This document shows, one piece after another, positions 30,138-39,106 of a stretch of DNA of 64,000 nt (the stretch's first letter is position 1; each line of letters opens with the position of its first letter). The stretch is from an uncultured Planctomycetia bacterium (GTDB lineage: Bacteria; Planctomycetota; UBA8108; UBA1146). The DNA lies in assembly GCA_964412635.1 (NCBI GenBank), contig CAYPPQ010000001.1, positions 46,382-110,381 on the forward strand, given 5' to 3'. Made by a program: the position numbers and the translations under genes. The notes under the pieces are model-generated. The model made no database searches, was not told the origin of the DNA, and was given only the letters and a program-made list of their open reading frames with translations.

Positions 30138-31091
30138 TCAACCTGGCGCTTCCGAAACCCCTCCCCCACGCCAAGACACCGCCAGGATGCCGACCACCAC
30201 CAGCGGGCCACCCCACCAGAACGCAACGGGCGGCACTTCTGCCAGCACTGCCCACACCAGGAGAGGCGCGACCGCAACTTCACCGAGGAATGCCGTCGAA
30301 ACCACCGAAGGGGGAAGATATGCCAGGGCTGCATTGAGGGGAGTGTGTCCCAGCAGTGTCGGGAACAGCGCCAGCATCAGTGCCAGCAACCACTCGGTGC
30401 CATCGACTGGCAATCGAAGTCCCCAGCTCCCATCGGGAGAGTCGATCACCACCAGGTACAGCGCCAGACACAGAGCTGCCACCGAGTAGGCACGAGAGGT
30501 GTAGACCGCCGTCGGGAGACGATCCCCGCCCCGCTGACCGAGAGTCGCCGCACGACCGGCGAAGATGTAACCGACGAAGGAAAACGATCCTACCAGGGCC
30601 AGGATGACCCCCACCGTCGCATCTCCTTGCTCCGCTCCCAGTCGATCTTCGCCGGCAGCCGCCGACAGGATCCCAGTTCCGATCAGAGTCACCACCACCC
30701 CACCGAAGCGCACTGCATCTGCCCGCGCCTGTTTCTTCATCACCTCGATGGCGTAGACGAGCACCGGGTGGACATAGACGAGAACCACGGAGGTCGCTAC
30801 CGACAGGTGTGCCAGCGATGCCATCCATGCACCGAAATGGATCGCCAGGCATACTCCCGAGCAGAGTACTGGCGTGGCGGCGATCTTCAGCGAGAAGTTG
30901 TGCCCCTTGCGCCATGCAAGCCACCACAGAACAGGCGCTGCCAGCACTAGCCTTCGAAAGGCGAGGTCGATCTCATCGCTCTGGGAGAGACGGATCCACA
31001 GGGTCGAGGTGGAGACACCCAGGATGCCGATGATCAGCAGCCACCACACCGGCAATCGCTGACGCGCCGACTCACTTCCATCCTGGTTCAT
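30138..31091 (-). CDS. EamA/DMT-superfamily transporter (10 TM)
   Basis: A 317 aa, all-hydrophobic protein with duplicated 5-TM EamA-like halves. Confidence 0.7.
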   Translation of the reverse strand: MNQDGSESARQRLPVWWLLIIGILGVSTSTLWIRLSQSDEIDLAFRRLVLAAPVLWWLAWRKGHNFSLKIAATPVLCSGVCLAIHFGAWMASLAHLSVATSVVLVYVHPVLVYAIEVMKKQARADAVRFGGVVVTLIGTGILSAAAGEDRLGAEQGDATVGVILALVGSFSFVGYIFAGRAATLGQRGGDRLPTAVYTSRAYSVAALCLALYLVVIDSPDGSWGLRLPVDGTEWLLALMLALFPTLLGHTPLNAALAYLPPSVVSTAFLGEVAVAPLLVWAVLAEVPPVAFWWGGPLVVVGILAVSWRGGGVSEAPG

Positions 31092-31105
31092 CGGGATCCG
31101 GAATC

Positions 31106-32668
31106 TTACCAGACTCCATCATCCCTGCGGGGACCGGTCGCCGCGGAACGTAAATCCTCCGGCAACAACTCGTCAGGGAATCCCTGCCAGCACACCGGGC
31201 GTAGAAATCTCTGCATCGCTGAGGCACCCACCGAGGTCCACCGCGAGTCGGTGGTGGCAGGCCATGGTCCGCCATGATGCATCGCTTCTCCGACCTCGAC
31301 ACCGGTGGGCATTCCGTTGAAAAGAACCCTACCAGCACGATCCTCGAGGATGTCGAGCAGGCGATGATGTTGTTGCAACTCGCCGGTAGTCGCATGAACC
31401 GTGGCGGTCAGTTGGCCTTCCAGCACGCTGGCGGTCTCCAGCATCTGATCGATACTCTCGCACTCCACCAGCAGCGTGCACGGTCCGAACACTTCCGCCT
31501 GCAGCTGCGAATCGTCGATGAACCTGCGGGCATCCGCAGCCAGCAGGGATGCCTCGGCATCGCAGTTCCCCTGGCTCGCGGGTCCACTGGCAACAACCTC
31601 CACCCCGCTTCGAGCCGCCAGTTGCTTCAGCGTTCCGGCATAGCCGTTAGAGATTCCCTCGTGAAGCATCGTTCCCGCCGGCTCGCTACAGAGTCCCTTC
31701 GACAGCGCATCCCGGAACTGTTCGCGACCCTCACCCTTGTCGATGAAGAGGACCCCGGGACAGGTGCAGAACTGACCGACACCCAGCCTGACGCTGGCTG
31801 CGATGTCGGAAGCGATCTCCTGTCCCCGATTGGCCTGGGCCTCCGGCAAGATGAAGACGGGATTGGTGCTCCCCATCTCGGAGAACACCGGAACCGGGAT
31901 CGGCCGCTGTGCGGCCATCCGCCACAGTGCCACCCCACCCGATCGTGATCCGGTGAAGGCGACCGCAGCGATGGAAGGGTGCTGTACCAGATTCGCTCCC
32001 ACGTCGAAGGATTCGCCCTGAACCAGGCTGAACATTCCCGGGGGCATCCCCACATCACGCACCGCTTCCTGAAGGGCACGACCGACCAGTTCACAAACTC
32101 CGGGGTGAGCCGGATGCCCCTTGGCCACCACCGGACAACCGGCAGCCCATGCACTGGCGGTATCGCCCCCGGCGATACCGAAGGCGAGTGGAAAATTACT
32201 GGCTCCGAAAACGGCGACCGGTCCAACCGGCCGCATCCGCCGACGCAGATCCGGTCGGGGAATCGGCTGTCGATCGGGAAGTGCCGTTTCGATGATGGTC
32301 TCGGTGAAGAGGCCTTCCCTCAGCACCCTTGCGAACATTCGAAGTTGTTGACAGGTTCGCCCACGCTCCGCCTCGAAGCGGCCCGCGGGAAGACCGGTCT
32401 CCTCGACTCCCCGGGCGGTGATGGCGTCACCATTCTCTTCGATGCGATCGGCTGCAGCTTCCAGCAACCGGGCTCGTTCGGTGACGGCGTCTGCCGCCCG
32501 TGATCGATGGGCATCCTCGGCAGCCCTCACCGCCATCTCGATCACCTCGGCGGTCGCCTCCGCAAAGATGGGCTCGAGGGACTCGCCGGTGGAAGGATTG
32601 CAGCCTCGCAGGGATCCCGATCCGCTCAACGACTCCCCGGCAACGAGGTGAACTCCTTCTATCGTCAT
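31106..32668 (-). CDS. NAD(P)-dependent aldehyde dehydrogenase, alpha-ketoglutarate-semialdehyde / 2,5-dioxovalerate dehydrogenase-like
   Basis: The ALDH catalytic region is VAFTGSRSGG...FSEMGSTNP...GQFCTCPG. It is 520 aa with KGSADH-type architecture. Confidence 0.75.
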   Translation of the reverse strand: MTIEGVHLVAGESLSGSGSLRGCNPSTGESLEPIFAEATAEVIEMAVRAAEDAHRSRAADAVTERARLLEAAADRIEENGDAITARGVEETGLPAGRFEAERGRTCQQLRMFARVLREGLFTETIIETALPDRQPIPRPDLRRRMRPVGPVAVFGASNFPLAFGIAGGDTASAWAAGCPVVAKGHPAHPGVCELVGRALQEAVRDVGMPPGMFSLVQGESFDVGANLVQHPSIAAVAFTGSRSGGVALWRMAAQRPIPVPVFSEMGSTNPVFILPEAQANRGQEIASDIAASVRLGVGQFCTCPGVLFIDKGEGREQFRDALSKGLCSEPAGTMLHEGISNGYAGTLKQLAARSGVEVVASGPASQGNCDAEASLLAADARRFIDDSQLQAEVFGPCTLLVECESIDQMLETASVLEGQLTATVHATTGELQQHHRLLDILEDRAGRVLFNGMPTGVEVGEAMHHGGPWPATTDSRWTSVGASAMQRFLRPVCWQGFPDELLPEDLRSAATGPRRDDGVW

Positions 32669-32669
32669 C

Positions 32670-33617
32670 TCAATTCTCCTTCACATCCTGCATTGGATTG
32701 TTGGCAAGGCAGTCGCGGATCACATGAAGTGCTCCTTCTCGAAGTGCCCCGGTCGCTGGAAAACGAGGTGGTCGAACCGTTTCCGTTCCCATCTCGACCT
32801 CCTTCTGGACCAGCTTGATCAACTGGACGAACTCTGGCACGCAGTCGAGACGAAGCAGCGGAAGAAACCACCGGTAGAGTTCATCTGCCTGACGGGCAAC
32901 TGCCGGGTCATCGAGACCTCGAACCGCCCTGTCAAAGAGAACCACTGATTCCATCGGTAACGCATTCACCAGGCCTGCAACCCAGCCAACCGCGCCTTGA
33001 CGGACCGCTTCTACCACCATGTCGTCGAGACCGGCGAAGAGCGCCAGTCGATCCCCCACCAGCGAATGCACCGCCGTGATCCGACGAGAATCTCCACTGG
33101 AGTCCTTCACCGCCTTCAACTGGGGAAACTTGTCCGCCAGATCTGCGATCCATCCCGGAGGAAAGTCGACTCCGTAGGCGATGGGATTGTTGTAAAGCAT
33201 GCAGGGAAGATCGGTGGCGGCCATCACCGCTTCGACGTGTACTTCCACCTCGAAGAAGGGACCCTTGTGGATGTAGGGTGGCAGTACCATCAAGCCGGAC
33301 GCCCCCATCACCTTGGCGGTGGCCGCCAGGCGACCCGCTTCTCTCGTCGAGGCCGCGGCGATTCCCGGAATCACCGGCACTCTTCCCTCCACCGCCTGAA
33401 CCACGGTATCGAAGATTCGCTGCTTCTCATCGAAGGAGAGTGTCGCTCCCTCGCCAAGAGAGCCACATGGAATGATGCCGGTCGCTCCATGATCCACCAG
33501 CCAGCGACAGTGCTGGGACAGAAAAGCATGATCGACCTCGTCTGATTCGGTGATGGGAGTGGTCACTGCGGGCATCACTCCAGCCCAGGTCAACGAGCGG
33601 GTCGGTGCTGAACTCAT
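32670..33617 (-). CDS. DapA/dihydrodipicolinate-synthase-family lyase (candidate 1-pyrroline-4-hydroxy-2-carboxylate deaminase or KDG-type aldolase)
   Basis: It has the class I aldolase TIM barrel with AVTTPITESDEVDHAFLSQHCRWLVDHGATGII and the Schiff-base Lys region KAVKDSSGD. Confidence 0.75.
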   Translation of the reverse strand: MSSAPTRSLTWAGVMPAVTTPITESDEVDHAFLSQHCRWLVDHGATGIIPCGSLGEGATLSFDEKQRIFDTVVQAVEGRVPVIPGIAAASTREAGRLAATAKVMGASGLMVLPPYIHKGPFFEVEVHVEAVMAATDLPCMLYNNPIAYGVDFPPGWIADLADKFPQLKAVKDSSGDSRRITAVHSLVGDRLALFAGLDDMVVEAVRQGAVGWVAGLVNALPMESVVLFDRAVRGLDDPAVARQADELYRWFLPLLRLDCVPEFVQLIKLVQKEVEMGTETVRPPRFPATGALREGALHVIRDCLANNPMQDVKEN

Positions 33618-33709
33618 CAGTCTCCTCCTGGTTCGATGTGTGGAACAGATACAGATCGTGCCTCATGGGGAGTGATCGGGAAAGAAGTCATCTGGGATCG
33701 ACCAGCGAA

Positions 33710-34663
33710 TCAGGAGTGGCGGGAGCGACGGGTGACCAGCAGAAACAGCACCGGTGCGCCCAGTGCCGCAGTCACCACCCCGACCGGTATCTCCCGGGCA
33801 CTCCAGATCACCCTTCCCACCGCATCGCACAGTGGCAGGAACACCATTCCGAGCAGGATCGAGGCGGGCAGCAACGTCCTCGGCGCCGATCCCAGCAATC
33901 TCCGGATGATGTGAGGACAGATCAGGCCGACAAAGGCGATGGGACCCGAAACTGCCACACACGCCGCCACGCCGATGGAAGCGAGGCCGAGACCGAGCGT
34001 GCGGGTACGTGACACATCGACTCCTCTGGTTCGTGCCCTCTCGATTCCGGAAACCAGCACCTCGAGGGGACGGATCAGCAGCAGCATTCCCACCAGCGCG
34101 ATGCTCACCAGCGGTAGCAACATGAGGATTCGGTTCCAGCCGACCGTCGATAGCGAACCGAGTGACCATCGTTGAGCACCGAGTATTGCAGCAGGATCGA
34201 TGCCGATCTGCAATCCCGAGGCGAGTGCTCCACTCGCCAGTGTCAGTGCAATTCCCGCCAGTAGAACATCCTCGGTACGCGCGCTGTTTCGAGCCGCCAC
34301 CGTCGCGATCACCATCGTCACCGCCAGCGCACCGAGGAAGGCAGCGGCAGGAAGTACAGGGATCCCCAGCAGGGAGGTGGTCCCACCCCCCATCACCAGG
34401 GCAATAAGTACGCCGAGGGTCGCCCCCGCAGTGGTTCCGATGGTGCTCGGAGTCGCCAGCGGGTTCTTCAGCAGGATCTGCATCACCACTCCCGATGCCG
34501 ACAGGACCGCCCCGACCAGCGCCCCCATCAGTGCACGGGGTAGGCGTAAGCGGTTGAGAATCAGATCGCCGCCCTCACCCTCCAGCGAGGGTCCAACCCA
34601 CGCGGTGGAGAACACCACTCCGATCGACAACAGGAGCCAGGGGAACCATCGCAGAGAATTCAT
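33710..34663 (-). CDS. ABC transporter permease, FecCD/BtuC family
   Basis: It is 10-TM FecCD-like. The probable start MNSLRWFPWLLL overlaps the ATPase stop (ATGA); the ORF track extends to 34789. Confidence 0.8.
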   Translation of the reverse strand: MNSLRWFPWLLLSIGVVFSTAWVGPSLEGEGGDLILNRLRLPRALMGALVGAVLSASGVVMQILLKNPLATPSTIGTTAGATLGVLIALVMGGGTTSLLGIPVLPAAAFLGALAVTMVIATVAARNSARTEDVLLAGIALTLASGALASGLQIGIDPAAILGAQRWSLGSLSTVGWNRILMLLPLVSIALVGMLLLIRPLEVLVSGIERARTRGVDVSRTRTLGLGLASIGVAACVAVSGPIAFVGLICPHIIRRLLGSAPRTLLPASILLGMVFLPLCDAVGRVIWSAREIPVGVVTAALGAPVLFLLVTRRSRHS

Positions 34664-35442
34664 CAGAGCAGCGCTTCCTGGCTGGGAATCCAGAACTCGC
34701 GATTGCCGGTAGTGGCTCTCTGAAACGGAATGCCGTGCACCCTCTCGAGCCCCTCCCCGAATCCATCGTCCCCCATTTTCCCCTGCCACTCGATGCGACC
34801 CTGCCTCAGCCCGACCACGTCGACATCGCAGCCATCGACATGACCGAGCAGATGAACGTCATGAATCACGACCAGCACCGTGTTCCCCTCGGCAACCCGA
34901 TTCGAGAGAAAGCGCAAGGTCCTCGCCCGCCATACCGGATCGAGGTGATTGGCAGGTTCATCGAGGAGCCATGTCCCCGATTCCTGGGAGAGCATCGATG
35001 CCAGTTCGACTCTCTGCCTCTCTCCTCCGGAGAGTTCGTTGATCCAGCGCTCGGCAAGTTCCGTTGCACCCGCCTCTTCGAGAGCACGCCGGGCCGCATC
35101 GTGGGCAGATTTCCGCGACTCCTCGAAACGATAGCGGGCGGCGATCACCACATCCTCCACCCTCAATCGTTCCGGCGACAATCCCTGTTGCGGCAACCAC
35201 GCCAGTCGTGCCGCTCGATCGCACAACTTGATCGATGAAAGATCCTCACCATCGAGGCGCACGGTACCGGAATCGAGGGGAGTCAAACCCAGCAACACTC
35301 TCAACAAGGTGCTCTTGCCGGAACCGTTGGGACCGATGATGGCGACCAGTTGCCCCCGCTCCACCTCCAGTGACAACTCCTTCAGGATCGGAACTTCACC
35401 GCCGTTGACGGTCGCTTTCTCGAGGGAGATGACGGTTACCAT
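34663..35442 (-). CDS. ABC transporter ATP-binding protein (FepC/BtuD type)
   Basis: It has Walker A GPNGSGKSTLL, the signature LSGGERQRV, and Walker B LLDEP. Confidence 0.85.
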   Translation of the reverse strand: MVTVISLEKATVNGGEVPILKELSLEVERGQLVAIIGPNGSGKSTLLRVLLGLTPLDSGTVRLDGEDLSSIKLCDRAARLAWLPQQGLSPERLRVEDVVIAARYRFEESRKSAHDAARRALEEAGATELAERWINELSGGERQRVELASMLSQESGTWLLDEPANHLDPVWRARTLRFLSNRVAEGNTVLVVIHDVHLLGHVDGCDVDVVGLRQGRIEWQGKMGDDGFGEGLERVHGIPFQRATTGNREFWIPSQEALL

Positions 35443-36380
35443 CGGCGATCTCCTGGAGAGAGACGGTTCAACTCCGCGGCGATCGAATCGACAAGATCGA
35501 GCAACTCCGGTCCCTCATCGAGGATGCGCTCGTGATGTATCGAACCGATGGTGCCCCGCTGAACAGCCTTCAATGCGGTGAGCTTCTCGTAGCCACCGAC
35601 GATCTGCTGGCGCGCTTCTTGCGACGGTTCTTTTGCCGGAACCAGGTGCAGGATGAAATCGGGATCGATCCGCAATAACTGCTCCAGCGAAATTTGCGGC
35701 GCACCGGAGAGAGGATCTTCGATGGCATTGCTGTATCCAGCAGCGTGGAGGGCAGCCCCGTGCAATGAGTTGGTCTTGATGATCCATGGCCCACCGCTGC
35801 CACCGCTATCGATACCGATCACCAGCAAGACCGTTGGGGCGTCGGCGGGAGCAGCACCCGAGAGCACCGTCTCGAATCGACTCGCCAGAAGGTCTGCCTC
35901 TTGCCGCTTCTTCACCACCTCGCCGATGCTACGAATACTTGCGGCAACCTGTGAAACCGATGACCAGGGCAGGATCAGTGGATCTCCCACCTGTGACAGT
36001 TCCTGCACGGGGACACCGACCGCTGCACGAATCAACAGGGTCGGACTGCCGCTGCGGACAATCCTCTCAAGGTCCGGCACCAGTGCCGTTCCACCTCGCT
36101 GGAGATTCTCGACGGGGGGGCAATAGTCACTGATCATCGCCAGTGAATCATCGGCACCGATCGCCAGCAGCGTGGCAGTGATGCAAGGTGCCAGCGAAAC
36201 CACGGAACCGACCGCATCTACCGATTCAACCGGGACAGAACCCACCGGATCGCCGCTCTGTAACAGACCGGCAAACAGTGAACCCGCCACGGCGAGCAGG
36301 AAGATGATGATGATGGATCCACGGTCCAAGGGTCTCTCCGATCTTGACGTCCTCGTGAAGATACCCGATCCAGCGGCCAC
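35436..36380 (-). CDS. periplasmic substrate-binding protein, class III (FhuD/BtuF/TroA-like)
   Basis: It has a signal/TM segment (IIIIFLLAVAGSLFAG) then about 270 aa with the two-lobe layout of siderophore/cobalamin-type binding proteins. It sits directly upstream of the ATPase and permease. Confidence 0.6.
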   Translation of the reverse strand: MAAGSGIFTRTSRSERPLDRGSIIIIFLLAVAGSLFAGLLQSGDPVGSVPVESVDAVGSVVSLAPCITATLLAIGADDSLAMISDYCPPVENLQRGGTALVPDLERIVRSGSPTLLIRAAVGVPVQELSQVGDPLILPWSSVSQVAASIRSIGEVVKKRQEADLLASRFETVLSGAAPADAPTVLLVIGIDSGGSGGPWIIKTNSLHGAALHAAGYSNAIEDPLSGAPQISLEQLLRIDPDFILHLVPAKEPSQEARQQIVGGYEKLTALKAVQRGTIGSIHHERILDEGPELLDLVDSIAAELNRLSPGDRRW

Positions 36381-36392
36381 GGCATCCCTCGG

Positions 36393-37931
36393 TCACAAAG
36401 AGTCGCCAGATCGCCCCGGAGAGGTCACCCACGGCGGCCGCACCGAGTCGGTTCCATCGTTACGGCGGGGAGACACCGCAGGGATGCAGATCCGTCCCTG
36501 GCACGGGCCCATTCCGACCCGACACAGCATCCTTGCCTCACGGATGGAAGCGGTGCCGGCCAGCTGTTTCGAGGTCACATCTTCACAGCGACAGACCACC
36601 ACATCGTCAGTCACCAGTTGCTGGAGCTGTGGGCGAAGCTGGTGAGCGGCCTCGAGCGCTTCTCCCCAATCTCGATGACGCCTGACCCTGGCGAGAAGAT
36701 GGGCACGAGGGGTTCGTCCCGTCGCGACGATTCCTGCCACCAGCCCGCTATCCAGCGCCGCATCACTGCCGGCGATTCCCGTCGGCTCCCCTGCGCACAG
36801 GATGCCGTCGATCCCACTTCGCTGGAGGCGATCGACGATCACGGCACCGTTTTCTCCGATCCGACATCCGAGTCCCTGGGCTACCCTCGTCTCGGGGATC
36901 AGACCGAATCCCACCGCCAGACCATCCACCTCCTCGACTCGCACACCCTTGTCGGTCCTGAGGTGGACCCGCTCGACTCGTCCATCTCCCTCCACCTTGA
37001 TGGGCCAGCAAGAGGAGAGTTTCTCGACGCCACGAAGCGATTTCCACAGTTGCATCGCCTGCTTCATCCGCGACCTCGAGCTGATCAGCGGCAACAGCAA
37101 TTGCAGACGATCGATGTGGGAGGCCTGTTCGACCAGGAGCGGTTTCGCTCCCTCCTCGACGGCGAGTTGCGCCACCGCCAGGAGCAGCGGCCCGGTCCCC
37201 GCCACCACCAGTCGCTTGCCCCGAACCTGCAATCCTCCCTTGATCAGCGATTGCAACGCTCCGGCACCGACGACCCCGGGCAAGGTCCAGCCGGGGAAGG
37301 GAAGGAAGCGTTCTCTTGCGCCGGTGGCGACGATGATCTGCTGGCACTTCACCGACACCGTGTCGCCGGTCAACACCGAGGTCGCCAGCAGTTCACCTGC
37401 CTTGCCATCGACGACGCTGTAGCCGGACAGCCAGCGAACTCCACCCTTCTCCGCCCGCGCCAACCAGCTGCGGGCAGCGTCGGGAATGTGCCGTCGATGG
37501 GCCCAGATCCGACCGCCTGGCTGCGGCGACTCATCGATCACGAGGACATCTGCACCCAGTTCCGAGGCGGCGCAGGCGGCGGCGATCCCTGCCGGGCCAC
37601 CGCCGATGATGGCGACGGAAACCTCTTCTTGACGCTGTTGAACCGCGCCCACCGCCGGCAGCGGAGATGGGGTGAGATCCTGTTCCGTCTCGATGCTCAT
37701 GCCGTCGCGCACCGGAACCAGACAACTTCTCACCCCTCGATGTCCGTCGACGGTGATTCGACACTCGTGACAGACTCCCATGGCACATAACGCACCTCGG
37801 GGTTCACCCCCCACCGACTTGCGGAGACTCACGACCCCGACACCCATCAGGGCTGCGGCCAGTTGCATCCCCTCCTCGACCTCGATGATGGCGCCGTCGA
37901 CACTGATCCGTACAGACTTCGGATCACTCAT
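36393..37931 (-). CDS. fused [2Fe-2S]-ferredoxin / FAD-pyridine-nucleotide-disulfide oxidoreductase / BFD-like [2Fe-2S] protein (HcnA+HcnB / opine-oxidase-subunit-A-like)
   Basis: The N-terminus has CAMGVCHEC 2Fe-2S cysteines. The Rossmann fold is VAIIGGGPAGIAAA. The C-terminal BFD-like segment is VVCRCEDVT...GMGPCQGRIC. I chose the internal start MSDPKSVRI, whose ATG overlaps the TGA of the upstream gene; the ORF track extends to 38171. Confidence 0.7.
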   Translation of the reverse strand: MSDPKSVRISVDGAIIEVEEGMQLAAALMGVGVVSLRKSVGGEPRGALCAMGVCHECRITVDGHRGVRSCLVPVRDGMSIETEQDLTPSPLPAVGAVQQRQEEVSVAIIGGGPAGIAAACAASELGADVLVIDESPQPGGRIWAHRRHIPDAARSWLARAEKGGVRWLSGYSVVDGKAGELLATSVLTGDTVSVKCQQIIVATGARERFLPFPGWTLPGVVGAGALQSLIKGGLQVRGKRLVVAGTGPLLLAVAQLAVEEGAKPLLVEQASHIDRLQLLLPLISSRSRMKQAMQLWKSLRGVEKLSSCWPIKVEGDGRVERVHLRTDKGVRVEEVDGLAVGFGLIPETRVAQGLGCRIGENGAVIVDRLQRSGIDGILCAGEPTGIAGSDAALDSGLVAGIVATGRTPRAHLLARVRRHRDWGEALEAAHQLRPQLQQLVTDDVVVCRCEDVTSKQLAGTASIREARMLCRVGMGPCQGRICIPAVSPRRNDGTDSVRPPWVTSPGRSGDSL

Positions 37932-39106
37932 CGGTGCACGCCAGCGAGGCACAGTTCGATTCGCTCGGCAGCCTGTCCCGCATCGGAGATGGCACCCGCC
38001 AGAGATGCTCTTCTGGCCACCTCGAGGAGGTGATCCAGATCCCGTTGCAGATCGATGCGGTGCAGCAGCATCGGATGTGGTTGGTGTCCGTTGAGCCACG
38101 CCGTGAAGGCGAGTCCCGCCTTGTACAGATGAGTCGGTGCTTCGAAGACCTTCTGACCGTACTTTTCGCACGGCTCCATCCAGCGTCGATAGCCCTCGAC
38201 ATCCCCCGCCGCCAGGTGTCTCAGCGCACGACCGGCCGGTACCGCAACACCATCGAGCACTCCCAGCAGCGCGTGACTGAAATCTCCGGCAGGAACCTGT
38301 CGATCCCCCAGGGACACCGACCTGGTCGGGTGGGTTCCCGTCCCTTCCATCAGCGAACTGAAGTGGAAGTCGTCCCCGGTGAGGACGATCTGATCCCGCT
38401 CGCTGCAGCGGCGGCGCACATCCACCTCTAGATCGTGGTCCAGCATCGACATCTTGACCCCTCGAACCTTTTCGGGGTCGATGTCGAGTATTCGCTGCAG
38501 AGAATCTCCGGGAAAGTAACCCTCCAGTTCCGCCAGGAACATCGGGCCGAGCCAGTGGATGAAGAGCGGGCCTTCACACTGTTCGAAGATGGAGCGATAG
38601 GTGCTGACGAACTGATCCTCATCACACTTCCAGTGACACAAGAGCGGCATCGGCAAGATGATGGGAATGCCCCCTGCACCCTGGATGATTCCCACCTGTT
38701 CGACCACTCCATCGATGAGCGTTTGCACCTGTTCGATTCGATCCAGGTGATCTGCTCCGGCACCGGCGATGAAACCGGTCTCCAGTTGCAGGGCACCGCA
38801 TTCCTCGATGAGCCGACGCGCTGCCGGCCATCCCAGTTCGAAACGCTGCGCCGTGTCCATCGCCTCGGCGATGCCAAAACCCTGGGTCGCCAGGTGCTGA
38901 CGAAATTCCATCGTCCGTTGCCAGTCGACCTGTTCGCACACCTCGGATCCTTCAGATTCTTGATGATAGGAGTCCTTCAAGATGATGTGGGCCGCAGCGT
39001 ATGCGATGCGCACCGCCGCGGCAGGTTGCGGTTCTGGCTGCCGCTCCAGCACCCCGTCCTCGATGATGACCGGATCCCCGAACGGATTGGCAAGTTCGAT
39101 CTTCAT
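37928..39106 (-). CDS. conserved hypothetical protein (about 392 aa, soluble, function unknown)
   Basis: A long ORF embedded in the coupled operon. The start MKIELANPFGD overlaps the Nramp-like stop (ATGA). I recognise no motif in it. Confidence 0.55.
   Translation of the reverse strand: MKIELANPFGDPVIIEDGVLERQPEPQPAAAVRIAYAAAHIILKDSYHQESEGSEVCEQVDWQRTMEFRQHLATQGFGIAEAMDTAQRFELGWPAARRLIEECGALQLETGFIAGAGADHLDRIEQVQTLIDGVVEQVGIIQGAGGIPIILPMPLLCHWKCDEDQFVSTYRSIFEQCEGPLFIHWLGPMFLAELEGYFPGDSLQRILDIDPEKVRGVKMSMLDHDLEVDVRRRCSERDQIVLTGDDFHFSSLMEGTGTHPTRSVSLGDRQVPAGDFSHALLGVLDGVAVPAGRALRHLAAGDVEGYRRWMEPCEKYGQKVFEAPTHLYKAGLAFTAWLNGHQPHPMLLHRIDLQRDLDHLLEVARRASLAGAISDAGQAAERIELCLAGVHR

Noticed and set aside
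29684-30334. 216 aa minus-strand ORF opposite the zinc-ribbon gene
   Set aside because: It is R/W/C-rich low-complexity translation and overlaps both the clpC end and the EamA gene start region. I take it as a GC-rich shadow ORF.
36618-37790. 390 aa plus-strand ORF and 36763..37347 minus-strand alternative frame
   Set aside because: They overlap the HcnAB-like oxidoreductase, whose frame carries Fe-S and FAD motifs. The alternatives are R/P/G-rich.
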